From positions 75,144,001 through 75,208,000 of the forward strand of contig NC_042999.1 of the NCBI RefSeq assembly GCF_006345805.1: 64,000 bases of DNA, written 5' to 3'. Of this stretch, positions 51,132 to 64,000 are shown one piece after another (within the stretch, counting starts at the first letter, position 1; each line of letters starts with the position of its first letter). The notes beneath the pieces are model-generated. The model made no database searches, was not told where the DNA came from, and was given only the letters and a program-made list of their open reading frames with translations. The translations under genes were made by a program, and so were the position numbers. Source of the stretch: Octopus sinensis. Its lineage: Eukaryota.

Positions 51132-52039
51132 ACATACACCAACTGTGGCACTCACTTCTATTCATTTGTTTGTTATTACTATCACCAACGACACGCATAC
51201 ATCCATCATCATGCTTCAACGTCAACACTGTCGTCTTCTGACTCGACCAACACCCAATCGAACGGCAGCAACTGTATCATTATCGCCAACAGCATTTTTC
51301 TCCCCACCTTCACCATGTTCCAAATTCCGAACATATGCAAGTTCAATTCTGCATGACAAGCTGTGTTGCTTTGTTTATGTTCCTGTAACATTAGCAGTTA
51401 GGGGGAAATAACTGGTAGAATAAGTACCAGGCTTCAAACAAATAAGTACTGGGATCGATTCGTTTGATTAAAATTCTTCAAGATGGTGTCCCAGCATGGC
51501 CGCAGTCTAATGACTGAAACAACTAATTGTTAGACATAATTCTAGAGCAGTCTATGGTTGGTTCATACTTTATACAGTGTCAATGTAGGAGTGTTTAGAT
51601 ATTTGCAGAGCCTGTGTTATGTTACTGTTAGCAGAGGTGGTGTGTAAAATGTCGTGGGTTGTTAAAGAAGACTGTAGAATGTAGAGGGGATGTATGGAAG
51701 ATACAATATTGATAATACGGTATTAGCAGGATTCCTGGTAGAATAAGATAAATTTATCTACTTGGGAACAAGTGATGAATATCTCCGCTAAAATTTCCAT
51801 CTCATTCTGTTGTCGATGTTCTGTCTTTCATTTTCCACAGATACTTGACAAGGGTTGTGTAAATAATGTTATCATGACTCGTATTTGTAATATCTTTCCT
51901 TAAATGCTCCCACGCATATGCCTCTATATCTATTCTTCGGTTTTTCAAAGTCTTTCCATTTAGTGCTCTTGTCCATATTCGGTCTCTCATTTTCCACGGG
52001 TGCTTGACAAGTATTGTGCAAATATTTTATTATATCTGA

Positions 52040-53465
52040 AGAATGCCTAGTGTTTGTAATGTTTCCTTAAACAAAACCAAAGTCTTAATAAGTAGGAGAG
52101 CAGACAAACCACAAATCTCTTCAGGTAGATGGTCCTGCTCGATCTGTAGAAAAGGTGTAGGTAGAGACTCCTTAAGATGTAACGGGTGTAAGCTATGGAC
52201 ACATAAGAGGCGCAGCAATATCAAAGGAAGGCTAACTGGTAAAATTATTTTTGTGTGTGGCAAATGCTCAGGAGAAATAAACTCTGAAAATGTGAAAAAA
52301 ACAGCTTTTTTCACATTTTAGGGGGAAAAAACTACAAGTAGTTGATAGCTTCCATTACCTAGGTGACCAAGTCAGTAGCAGAATGGTTGCTCTGAGAACG
52401 TAGCTGCTAGAATAAGAATAGCCTGGGCAAAGTTCAGAGAGCGCCTACTTCTGCTGGTAACAGAGGGCCTCTCGCTCAGAGTAAAAGGTAGACTGTATGA
52501 TGCATGTGCGCGAACAGCCATGCTACACGGCGGTGAAACATGGGCTGTGACAGCTGAGGATATGCGTAAGCTTGAAAGGAATGAAGCTAGCATGCTCTGC
52601 TGGATGTGTAATGTCAGTGAGAATACACGATAGAGTGTAAGTACCCTGAGCGCAAAGCTGGACTTAGGAAGCATGAGAGATGACTGTGCTGGTATGGTCA
52701 TGTGTTGGGTATGGATGAGGACAGCTGCGTGAAAAAGTGCCACACCCTAGCAGTAGAGGGAACCTGTGGAAGACGTAGACCCAAGAAGACATGGGATGAG
52801 ATGGTAAAGCACAACCTTCGAACATTGGACCTCACCGAGGCGATGGCAAGTGACCGAGACCTTTGGAGATATGCTGTACTTGAGAAGACTCGACAAGCCA
52901 TGTGAGACGGTAACCGTGGCCTATGCCTATGCAGCATAACCAGCCCATTTAAGAGTACTCTTCAATCATTGGGCAATAAATTGCGCTTGCGAAGACCTGT
53001 TGAAGCAAATGAACTCATTGTCATGGCCGTTGACAGTACCGTCCGATTGGCACGCGTGTCGTTGGCAGATAAAAAGCACCATTCGAGCGTGGCCGATGCC
53101 AGTGCCACTTCACTGGCTCCCATGCCGGTGACATGTAAAAAGCAACATTCAATAGTGGCCGATGCCAGTGCCGCCTGACTAGCTCCCGTGCCGGTGGCAC
53201 GTAAAAAGCACCATTCGAGTGACATCTAACAAGCACCATTCAAGCGTGGTCGATGCCCGTACCGCCTGACTGGCTCTCGTGCTGGTGGAATGTAAAAAGC
53301 ATCCACTACACTCTCATAGTGGTTGGCGTTGGGAAGGGCATCCAGCTGCAGAGACATTGCCAGATTGGATTGGACCTGGTGCAGTCTTCTGGCTCACTAG
53401 CTGTCAGTCGAACCGTACAACCAATACCATCTTGGAAAGCTTACGTCAAATGACGACGATGATGC
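52040..53465 (+). mobile_element. 5'-truncated RTE-clade LINE with 3'UTR
   Basis: NKTKVL...CSICRKGVG..SLRC..CKLWTHKR...RPKKTWDE. Ends at a GAT-type repeat. Stops and frameshifts present. Confidence 0.85.
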
Positions 53466-54217
53466 CGCTGCCTCTATTCATTTCATCGTTTCTTTTGGCA
53501 TGCCTTGAGTTAACACTAGTTTTTACACTATCGACTTCTGATAGAGCCTTATTTAAAGGACAAGAGCCTACATTTTTGTATGAGTAATTTAGATTTACTT
53601 GCTGGGTGGGTTTACTGAAGATCATCACTTATATATTAGATCCGAAACTGTGTCTTATTTTCACAGAATGTCTATTCAAAATTGTCCTGTACATATGGTA
53701 TGGAGATATTTTTAAGTGGGCTAAGCACTTTCACCTGATATTAGTCTTAATAATTAGAGAGACTGATGGACAAACCCAATAATTTTTTGTTTCTAATAAT
53801 TGTGGACAATGATCATGTGTTGCAAAACTAAATGAAATGTATTGTCTTAGAAAACAATGTGTTGTAGCACCTCTATATTTCTACTCAAAATTACCTTTTC
53901 AAGTCACCGCCAGCTCAACAAACGAATCTTGCGAAATCATGAGTTTAGGTGCTGTGTTGTTATTGTAATATGGCTTGAATGTATGAACGCTTTTGTCAAG
54001 TACACCGGGGTCTTCCAGCTATAAACATCATATAGAAGTCTGGATGACAGCTTCTAATTGATATGCCTGCACTATGTTTCTCAGCCTCCTTTTGAAAGGT
54101 AAAAAGTAGAGACAGTTTGTGTTGACATTGACGCACTTGTGTTGCTGGTGTAATGCATCAGAACTCATGCACATTTGTGTTTGAATGATCGGGCATGCGT
54201 GCGTACTTCCATGTGTT

Positions 54218-54253
<36 letters not shown>

Positions 54254-54645
54254 AAAGGACTTTTCTGTGTTCGTGTTGCACACGGTAGAATATGGACAAG
54301 TAAATCAATTCTATGATTTCATTTCTGACAAGTGTAATTTAGACACTGAACATTAAATCACGTATTGCAATAACATAGTAGTACTTTTTCAGCATTCACG
54401 GCCTTATTACTCACTTAATTTTGCAAACCTTTTAATTTTACAAATTCATTTAATTTTATAATTGGAGAAATCTTGAACGCACAACAATTATTCTTCGACT
54501 ATTGAAATATTAGATTTAATTTCCGTAAATGAATATATATGATCACCAAATAGAAGCAACTATTCCTTACTACTGTCTTAGGTCGTCACAGAGATTCATA
54601 TTTATACATTTGTTTTAATAGCTAAGATTGTATATCACATTTCAG

Positions 54646-54963
54646 GGTCCCATTGGATGTTTGAAATCGTTAATATGATATCGACAGGAAACACTGAAAA
54701 CGTTTCTTTGCTAAAAGAAGACTTACTGTTAGATTGGTCACCATTTGAAAAGCTGGATTCCGTTGAATCCCCTCGACTCTTGAACTCTCACTACACTCTT
54801 AAACTTCTGCCTGCAGAATTGCTAAAGGATCATAAAATTATCTTCCTCAACCGCAATCCGAAAGCTATGCTGGTGTCGTTCTACAGACATATTTTAGACG
54901 TTAATTTGTTGGACTACAAAGGAGATTTACCAAGCTATTTTGACCTTTGGATGCAAGGAGATG
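54646..54963 (+). CDS. SULT-like paralogue 3, exon 2
   Basis: AG/GT bounded, 318 nt, SHWMFEIV...SPRLLNSHY...RNPKAMLVSFY. Confidence 0.95.
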
Positions 54964-54989
54964 GTAAGCCTATAAAGTTATTGTTACTG

Positions 54990-55031
<42 letters not shown>

Positions 55032-55799
55032 ATGCTGTTTTTCATCCTCTTACATTTCCATAATTTTGGTTTAAGATATTACTCTCATGTTGGTTCAATT
55101 TCAAGCTTCACAGTTGGTCTACCAGACCTTTGTATTCATGGAGTACCTTATTTTATCTTCTTCTCAGACCACTTCCCCATTATTATATTCTTTTCCTTGT
55201 GGATTCTAATGCTTGTCTCATATTCTCTCAACACTTTGTATTTTATGTTCTCTTATCGATATTTTCTATCTGGTCATAAAATACATATCAAGTCGTGCCT
55301 TTTCCTTCAATTAATATATCTTAGATTATATCAGTGCAAGTATGTGATTAGAGCACATTTTATCGATTTCTATGGTGAAAACCAAAGTATATTCTGATAT
55401 CAGTTTAACTAAGTACAGATTAAATACAATGTTCAGAGATTTCAAAAGCATTATATCAGAAAGTTCATATTTTATTAAACTTTGTTACCTACTATCAATC
55501 ACCTCTGTTGTATGCACAGACATGTCATCAATATGACTTTGCAAATATCTATCCTAGGTACACTAATGAAAATATAAATTTAATAAATTCGCTCTATAAT
55601 CGTCTGTAAAACATATAACTTTGTGCACCTTTCTTCAGCAACATAAATACCAGAAAAAAAACCCCAGTAAAAAGATGCCAAATATATTTTCGTTTTAAAC
55701 ATTGCATTGCATTTATAGTTTAATTTAACAAAGGGGTTGACTATTCTTTTGGAAGTTATTACACAAACATAATTTCAATTTATTCTTTTAATTTTTCAG

Positions 55800-55897
55800 T
55801 TCCTTATGGTGATTACTTTAAATATGTTCAGGAAATTTATGCTCTATGTAAAGATAACCCAAATGCACTTATCGTAACTTATGAAGAAATGAAAGCG
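55800..55897 (+). CDS. SULT-like paralogue 3, exon 3
   Basis: AG/GT bounded, 98 nt, VPYGDYFKYVQEIY...VTYEEMKA. Confidence 0.93.
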
Positions 55898-56162
55898 GTA
55901 ATTACATATTAATATTTGCTTTAATTATGTTAATTATTATAATTTATTTCATGTGTTAGTTTCTCCAGTATACACACACACATACACAAACACAAAATGA
56001 ACAATGACATCATAATTATGAAGTTTTGCTTCTAAATAATTCCGATTGGTAAAGTATGATTATTGTATAATTATAATAATTGTTGTACGTGTGTATAAGA
56101 AAATATTTTAAAGTTAAATAATGAAAATTTCGCAATTTGACTTTATTATTTCTTTTCAACAG

Positions 56163-56340
56163 GATATATCCAAGGCAGTGTCCCGTGTTGCTAAGTTCTT
56201 GGGGAAAACAATTCCTGAACAACTTACGAAGAATATTGTTGATAAATGCTCGTTTGATAAAATGAAATCCGAGAAAAATCTTGTTAGTTCGTATTTACCC
56301 CAAGATACATTTGTCGGTGGCGGTTCTATCTACCATACTG
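56163..56340 (+). CDS. SULT-like paralogue 3, exon 4
   Basis: AG/GT bounded, 178 nt, DISKAVSRVAKFLGK...CSFDKMK...IYHTG. Confidence 0.93.
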
Positions 56341-57836
56341 GTAATTATGTTCATATTTTATTTGATCAAACTTTCTAGCAGTTTAATTTCTATAAAGTCT
56401 AAGACACATATGTAGTCCTGGTAGAAGCTTATTTTCGCTGTTATTCTATGCTGTAGCGATCCGAGCACTACTCATATCAAGGAAAGAGGACCGCATGACA
56501 CACCAATTAAACTAGAGTAGCACTCAGCTAGAACCCTCACTGTCGCTCCAAATTCTAGGACTCGCAATTGCAAAGGAGTGAGTCCTACAATAGAAAATGA
56601 CCCTACATCTGGGATTGTGCGGTTGCTATGCACATATGTATCCTTGAAGACATTAACGAAAAGTCACTCGACTAAATGGAATTGAAGCCACAACAAAATG
56701 CTCCAATCATTAGTCTTCATTCTGTCTTTTCTTTCGCTTTTATAATGGCTTCTGATTCTTGGTGCTGATTGCTTTGCATCTGTACAATTCAGGCACGTAT
56801 ATTTTCACCTCTAGTAAACTTACACTTTGTCCTCGCCATTATGTTCTGGTCATTTTCTCCAGAATATCCCCATTCTGGAATTTCACAGCCTGTGTTTTTC
56901 CTGGAGATATTGAACTGCAAAAGAGATAAAAATAATTCTTTCTATTGGAGGTACAAGGCCTGGAATTTGAGGGGAGGGGTATAGTCGTTTACATTAAGTC
57001 CAGACTGGTACTTAATTTATCGACCTCGAAAGGACGAAAGGCAAAGTCGACCTCTGCAGAATTTGCACTCAGAATGCAGTAGTAGACGAAATGACATTAG
57101 TCATTTTGCTCGGTGTACTAAGGATTCTGCCAGTTCGCCACCTGAGAATAAAAAGAGATAAAAATAATACCATAACATCCAATTACTGGTTAACTGTATC
57201 CATAATCTGTTTAATATACTTGATCAGTATTTTCAACTCCTGTATAAACATTTTTCTTCTAAACGATGAGCCATCTCTGTACATATAGTTGAATGCTGAG
57301 TGTTGCAGAATTACTTCCTGGGGTTACAGCTCGGATTCAAATCCATTTTATACTTTATGGATATACTAGCAGTATAGCCCGGCGTTTCCCGGGATTAAGT
57401 TGGGATTGTTAAGTGATCTAGCGCTTTATTTCAAACCAAAATAAGTGACACCGACATCAAATTTGAGCGAAATCCGTTGAAATTGGTAAACGTTTGGCTG
57501 AAAATCGGTTGCTGGCGATTTCATTGGGAAATCCTATAAGGAATCGGTTTATCGATTTTAGAATCATCACAGCAGTCTGCTGTGATGATTCTAAAATACA
57601 ACACATAAATATCTAACAATATATCTTTTTCTACTCCTCTGAAGAGATTTTTTCTAGTATAATGATTTTAATAATTGCTATTCAATCTTTTAAGGCTTAG
57701 TTGAAAGAGCTTTAAGAGACTGTTTGACTTTTGCAGATAATAAAATTTTATTAAATGCTACATCTCTATTTTCTTTTCGTTTAAATGGTTATATGTGTGT
57801 GGGTGCCTGTATGTGTATTTATTTAAGACTGTATAC

Positions 57837-57936
<100 letters not shown>

Positions 57937-58055
57937 ACAATCAAGGAACGGCCATAATAGGCCATTCACCCACTAGAAATAACAGCCAAAGCTTCAACCG
58001 CAAATAAAAATCAATTCCGTAAACAGGAGAAAATTTAAAAAACATTTACCCTGTA

Positions 58056-58162
58056 ATTTCTTATACGATGCACCGTTTCATCTGCTGTTTAATGGTAAAC
58101 TAACCTGATTAAATTAAATCAGGCCAATCTTCCATAGGCCCTCAGATTCTTCAGTAAGAAAT
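58056..58162 (-). ncRNA. Type I hammerhead ribozyme (antisense copy)
   Basis: Reverse complement of 58397-58503. Confidence 0.8.
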
Positions 58163-58396
58163 AGCCACAAGTCGGAACAGATATTTTCACGAGGCATTTC
58201 CGACCCTGCCAAGGTAATATCTGACCTAAAATTTTCAAATCATCGCACTCGCGCCAAATTTATCGGCAGCAAATAAATATAAGCCGTCGATTCCAATACG
58301 GAATTAACCAGAAAATTCATAATTAATCAATATAGGGTGGCAAAAACAAAAAAAAAAATTTTGTAGAATTTTTTTGCCACCAGCGGCCTAGCGGCT

Positions 58397-58503
58397 ATTT
58401 CTTACTGAAGAATCTGAGGGCCTATGGAAGATTGGCCTGATTTAATTTAATCAGGTTAGTTTACCATTAAACAGCAGATGAAACGGTGCATCGTATAAGA
58501 AAT
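58397..58503 (+). ncRNA. Type I hammerhead ribozyme
   Basis: Stem I ATTTCTTA/TAAGAAAT, core CTGAAGA (58405-58411), stem II ATCTG/CAGAT, GAAA (58480-58483), near-palindromic stem III ACGGTGCATCGT, and a GUA site with predicted cleavage after 58495. Confidence 0.85.
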
Positions 58504-58725
58504 TACAGGGTAAATGTTTTTTAAATTTTCTCCTGTTTACGGAATTGATTTTTATTTGCGGTTGAAGCTTTGGCTGTTATTTCTAGTGGGTGAATGGCCT
58601 ATTATGGCCGTTCCTTGATTGTTGATGTTGAACTTAAAAATGGTCTATGACTATTTAATTTTTTCCCGCTAGGCCGCTGGTGCCAAAAAAATTCTACAAA
58701 ATTTTTTTTTGCCACCCTATATTGA

Positions 58726-58839
<114 letters not shown>

Positions 58840-59015
58840 GTGTGTGTATAGTCACTCTTATGGTGATCGTTTGATCCAAGAACCACTGGTTTACTATATT
58901 ATATTGCTGAAAACTATCTCTTCAATATCAAAATATTAATGAATTAATTTATATCTGTTGAAACTCTCCATTTTCTTACTTAATAATACTACACAAACAC
59001 ACACACACATATGTA

Positions 59016-59068
<53 letters not shown>

Positions 59069-59164
59069 GTGTGTGTGTGTGCGTGTGTGTGTTCGTGTGT
59101 GTGTGCGTGCGTGTGTGTGTGTGTGTGTGTGTGTTTGTGTGCGTGTGTATGTATAACTGGCAAT

Positions 59165-59462
59165 CTGTCGGTTACGACACCGAGGGTTCCAGTGGATCCA
59201 ATAAATGGAATTACCTGCTCGTGAAATTAACGTGCAAATAGCTGAGCACACCACAGACACGTGTACCCTTAACGTAGTTCTCAGGGAGAACTGGCATGAC
59301 ACAGATTTTGACAATGCTGACCCTTGAAATGTAGGTTCAACTCATTTTGCTAGCTGAGTGGCTTGGAGCAACATGAAATAAAGTATCTTGTTCGTCGAAG
59401 GGACTTGAACTGACAACCTTAAGATCAAGAGCCGAATGCCTTAACCACAAAGCCATGCACCT
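59165..59462 (-). mobile_element. tRNA-derived SINE, same family as 620-930
   Basis: Direct similarity GTCGGTTACGAC...GAGGGTTCCAGT...CAGACACGTGTACCCTTAACGTAGTTCTC. Confidence 0.75.
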
Positions 59463-59549
59463 TCATGAATGTATGTATGTATGTATGTATGTATATATCA
59501 ATGCATGTTTCCGTTTTCCACATAATACCTGTTTCCGTCATATTTATAG

Positions 59550-59656
59550 GTAAAGTAGACACATGGAAAAAATGGTTAACAGTGGAACAAAGTGAAAGAA
59601 TGGATGCAAGGATCCAATCAGAATTCATCAATCAAGGAATCATTTTTAATTTTTGA
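59550..59656 (+). CDS. SULT-like paralogue 3, exon 5 (terminal)
   Basis: tttatag acceptor, GKVDTWKKWLTVEQSERMDARIQSEFINQGIIFNF-TGA. AATAAA at 59786-59791. Confidence 0.94.
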
Positions 59657-60659
59657 TTCATTCAATTACGTAAGAAATTTTCAAGTCAATTAAAAACATG
59701 CAAAAACGTATATTGTCAGTACATGCTTCTTTCTTGGCTCAACGATAATTTTTAAATCTACGTTTTGATATTGTAATCATGACTCAATAAATTTGTGTGA
59801 AACAAAATGCACATTTATTATATCTCGATTTTTATTTGGAACCCTATGAAAGTTTCCTCAACATACTGTATGTAAAATGTAATATCTGATTTTGCAAATG
59901 AACTCTCTACAAACCCACATGCAGCATACACCTATTTTGCTTGAGCAGTTATGTTTGTTTTTCTACATAAACATTATACTATTTTATCATATACCCCTCT
60001 AAAAAGGAAATAAAATTTACGCATAGATATGTATTATCTGATGGCTCTAAGTGTTTTTATACCTATTATCGCAATAATGTTTCTGTAGTGATCTAAGTCT
60101 GTTGAGGTGTATCAGGATCTAGGTTTCTGCATCAGCAAAATATGCATTTTTTAAAAAGAAGTAAAAAAAAATCTGAAAATCGGCTATAATAATATAGCCC
60201 TCCAGTCTCATTGCTTTGAAGTCATGATGTTGTGGAAAGAAAACTTGGAGAAAAAAGTTACAGAGGTTTAAAAATCGAAAAAACTGGGTATTTTTAGTCA
60301 ATAGAGAGACAGAAATCTTCTGCACTTAGCGGAGCGATGTCAACTTTAAGGTTGCACCCAGTAAAATCTATAGTTTAGCGTCTGTCATGTTCATTGTAGG
60401 TTTCTTAAATAAATAGAAATACCAAATTTCATTGAAGGTTTCTAAATAAACATAAAAGCTAATAAAATTAACACATATAATCTTACTGTTTCTTTTGTCT
60501 CGTCATTGATTTTATTGTTTTTTATGATTTAAAAAAAAATCTTATATCAATATATTTGTCTGAATATGTTTACTTTATGCATATTTCAGAAATATGTATA
60601 CCTGTCATGTGTTTGTGTACATCATTAATATATAAGTGTGTGTACGTGCGTGTGTGTGT

Positions 60660-60731
<72 letters not shown>

Positions 60732-61634
60732 AGGGGACATCCATCTCCAAAACTCCAAAGTTGAGTACTGTTTTCATGCTTGGATTTGTAAACTATGGTA
60801 AGAATAACACTCGTCAAGAAAGAATTTGTCCCAAAGAATACCTGTACCTTACATGTTATTGCAAGCAGAATTCAAAAATAATGTCAGATTATCTGCACCA
60901 TCCATAGTTTCTCTGTTCCACAATGTCCCTACTCCTAATTTAAATTTTTATAAATAGAATTAACCTCGTGAAATCATAAATCCAGCTATTTGAGTCAATG
61001 AATCACATAGAAGCAGAGGAAATATGTAATATACTAACACAGACAAATTAAAACAAAACATGCGGTTGAAAAGAATCTCGTGGTGCGACACATCAAATCG
61101 GAAAAATCAACGTAGACAACAGCGCCACAGACAACAGTGAACCACAACACAGTGTGCGGTTGTCATAGTAACAAGCTGCTAATGCCACGCTGTCTGTTGA
61201 TTGGCTAAATTGACAAATGTTGTTGATTCTCCCTTTCGACTATCACCCTTTCTTCCCCGATCTCTCTTTTTCCTCCTTTCCATCGACATTCTCTCTATAA
61301 CGACGTTTGACAGCTCCCAATCTCTCTCTCTCTCTCTCTTTCTCTCTCTGTCTTTCTTTCTCCCACCGCCTCACTCTTTCTGTACGTCTGACTGTATCTA
61401 GAGGGAGAAAGTGTTCACAGCCGCAAGTGTGTTTAATGGAGAGGAATAAAATAGTAAATAATTATATTGTGTCGAAAAAACGTTTCACTCTCATGAAGTT
61501 TAGATATTCCCATCACAGAACGGTGAATTATTATCGCCCACCACCAGCGCACATTCATGATAATAGTTATTATCAATCAGATATTTATTGCGTTAATTTA
61601 TATATAAATATGTGTGTGTGCGTGTGTGTTTGAG

Positions 61635-61719
<85 letters not shown>

Positions 61720-61807
61720 AAGGCGGTGCTCCAGCATGGCCGCAGTCAAATGACTGAAACAAGTAAAAAGAGTAAAAAGAGAGTAATACATATATATACA
61801 TACATGC

Positions 61808-61894
<87 letters not shown>

Positions 61895-61902
<8 letters not shown>

Positions 61903-64000
61903 CAACAATTGAGGGCAAAATTAATTAATTATTAATCAATTTCACCAAGTGTTCAGTATGCAAAGGGACCATTCAAGGCGAATTCAAATTATTACATTAT
62001 ATAAAAGGGCTTAGTAAAATAAATTACTTTGCCGCATACTGAACTCATTAGAAATAGCAGCTAAAAAACTTTTTTAAGGCTATTTCTAATACTTAAAGAA
62101 AATCTCTCTCATATATAGTGTTTGCATAATTTAACTCACAAAAGTTTGGGGGTAATGACATCGAAAAATCAAATGCTAAGGTTATTCGAGAACGTACGTT
62201 TCAAGATTAGTCAAAACAACATTTCTATCATCGGCTCGGAAATTCCTTGGTTTGGATTTGGAAACACTGAAAATAAGAACATACCCTCTCGAAGATCTGC
62301 TCCCAACTAACAGTGTCAACAAATTCAAAATAAGCAAGCGAAGAATCTCTGTTCTCCCCTTTCCACCAGCGTGGGTTAAAATCATCAAACTCTATGCTTA
62401 TTTCGGTAAAGTCCGAAGCATTAATCAGAGGGAGATTAATTATAATTTCAACAATTGAGGGCAAAATTAATTAATTATTAATCAATTTCACCAAGTGTTC
62501 AGTATGCAAAGGGACCATTCAAGGCGAATTCAAATTATTACATTATATAAAAGGGCTTAGTAAAATAAATTACTTTGCCGCATACTGAACTCATTAGAAA
62601 TAGCAGCTAAAAAACTTTTTTAAGGCTATTTCTAATACTTAAAGAAAATCTCTCTCATATATAGTGTTTGCATAATTTAACTCACAAAAGTTTGGGGGTA
62701 ATGACATCGAAAAATCAAATGCTAAGGTTATTCGAGAACGTACGTTTCAAGATTAGTCAAAACAACATTTCTATCATCGGCTCGGAAATTCCTTGGTTTG
62801 GATTTGGAAACACTGAAAATAAGAACATACCCTCTCGAAGATCTGCTCCCAACTAACAGTGTCAACAAATTCAAAATAAGCAAGCGAAGAATCTCTGTTC
62901 TCCCCTTTCCACCAGCGTGGGTTAAAATCATCAAACTCTATGCTTATTTCGGTAAAGTCCGAAGCATTAATCAGAGGGAGATTAATTATAATTTCAACAA
63001 TTGAGGGCAAAATTAATTAATTATTAATCAATTTCACCAAGTGTTCAGTATGCAAAGGGACCATTCAAGGCGAATTCAAATTATTACATTATATAAAAGG
63101 GCTTAGTAAAATAAATTACTTTGCCGCATACTGAACTCATTAGAAATAGCAGCTAAAAAACTTTTTTAAGGCTATTTCTAATACTTAAAGAAAATCTCTC
63201 TCATATATAGTGTTTGCATAATTTAACTCACAAAAGTTTGGGGGTAATGACATCGAAAAATCAAATGCTAAGGTTATTCGAGAACGTACGTTTCAAGATT
63301 AGTCAAAACAACATTTCTATCATCGGCTCGGAAATTCCTTGGTTTGGATTTGGAAACACTGAAAATAAGAACATACCCTCTCGAAGATCTGCTCCCAACT
63401 AACAGTGTCAACAAATTCAAAATAAGCAAGCGAAGAATCTCTGTTCTCCCCTTTCCACCAGCGTGGGTTAAAATCATCAAACTCTATGCTTATTTCGGTA
63501 AAGTCCGAAGCATTAATCAGAGGGAGATTAATTATAATTTCAACAATTGAGGGCAAAATTAATTAATTATTAATCAATTTCACCAAGTGTTCAGTATGCA
63601 AAGGGACCATTCAAGGCGAATTCAAATTATTACATTATATAAAAGGGCTTAGTAAAATAAATTACTTTGCCGCATACTGAACTCATTAGAAATAGCAGCT
63701 AAAAAACTTTTTTAAGGCTATTTCTAATACTTAAAGAAAATCTCTCTCATATATAGTGTTTGCATAATTTAACTCACAAAAGTTTGGGGGTAATGACATC
63801 GAAAAATCAAATGCTAAGGTTATTCGAGAACGTACGTTTCAAGATTAGTCAAAACAACATTTCTATCATCGGCTCGGAAATTCCTTGGTTTGGATTTGGA
63901 AACACTGAAAATAAGAACATACCCTCTCGAAGATCTGCTCCCAACTAACAGTGTCAACAAATTCAAAATAAGCAAGCGAAGAATCTCTGTTCTCCCCTTC
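61895..64000 (-). repeat. 546-bp tandem array (at least 3.8 apparently identical units), each with a hammerhead-like motif on the minus strand
   Basis: Units start at 61895, 62441, 62987 and 63533, and the ORF track repeats every 546 nt. Begins in (TA)n and runs off the window. Confidence 0.95.

Noticed and set aside
54657-55397. 246-aa ORF with a poly-Leu hydrophobic tail, suggesting a membrane-anchored SULT
   Set aside because: It is exon 2 reading through a GTAAG donor shared with copy 2 into a (CTA)n intron. Copy 2 stops after a few codons.
61895-64000. CRISPR array or repeated small genes
   Set aside because: Units are 546 bp with no unique spacers, the context is eukaryotic, and the short ORFs have no recognisable domain.

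Overview
AT-rich, microsatellite- and transposon-dense animal DNA. The SINE families and the (TA)n/(TAA)n landscape suggest a coleoid cephalopod, probably Octopus (inference, not a database match). The only host genes are a + strand tandem array of cytosolic sulfotransferase (SULT)-fold paralogues: the last exon of copy 1 (2239-2345), complete 5-exon copy 2 (15808-31374, 303 aa) and complete 5-exon copy 3 (47578-59656, 301 aa). Both complete copies splice cleanly and keep the catalytic His and the KxxxTVxxxE dimer motif, but they have lost the basic PAPS-binding residues (SYPAAGSHW for TYPKSGTTW; HSG/HTG for RKG). They look like a maintained family of non-canonical SULTs or pseudoenzymes. The rest is mobile DNA: a mariner, a pogo/Tigger element, a hAT with TSDs, R4/Dong-like retrotransposons, a near-full-length (TC)n-targeting Tx1-clade LINE, RTE and CR1/L2 fragments, Helitrons, tRNA-SINEs and Penelope-like remnants. 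Structural highlights: a well-formed type I hammerhead ribozyme on the sense strand of copy 3 intron 4, a 546-bp tandem array with one hammerhead-like motif per unit (retrozyme-like), and an inverted copy of the SULT terminal exon held between long inverted arms in copy 2 intron 4, able to pair with the real exon.
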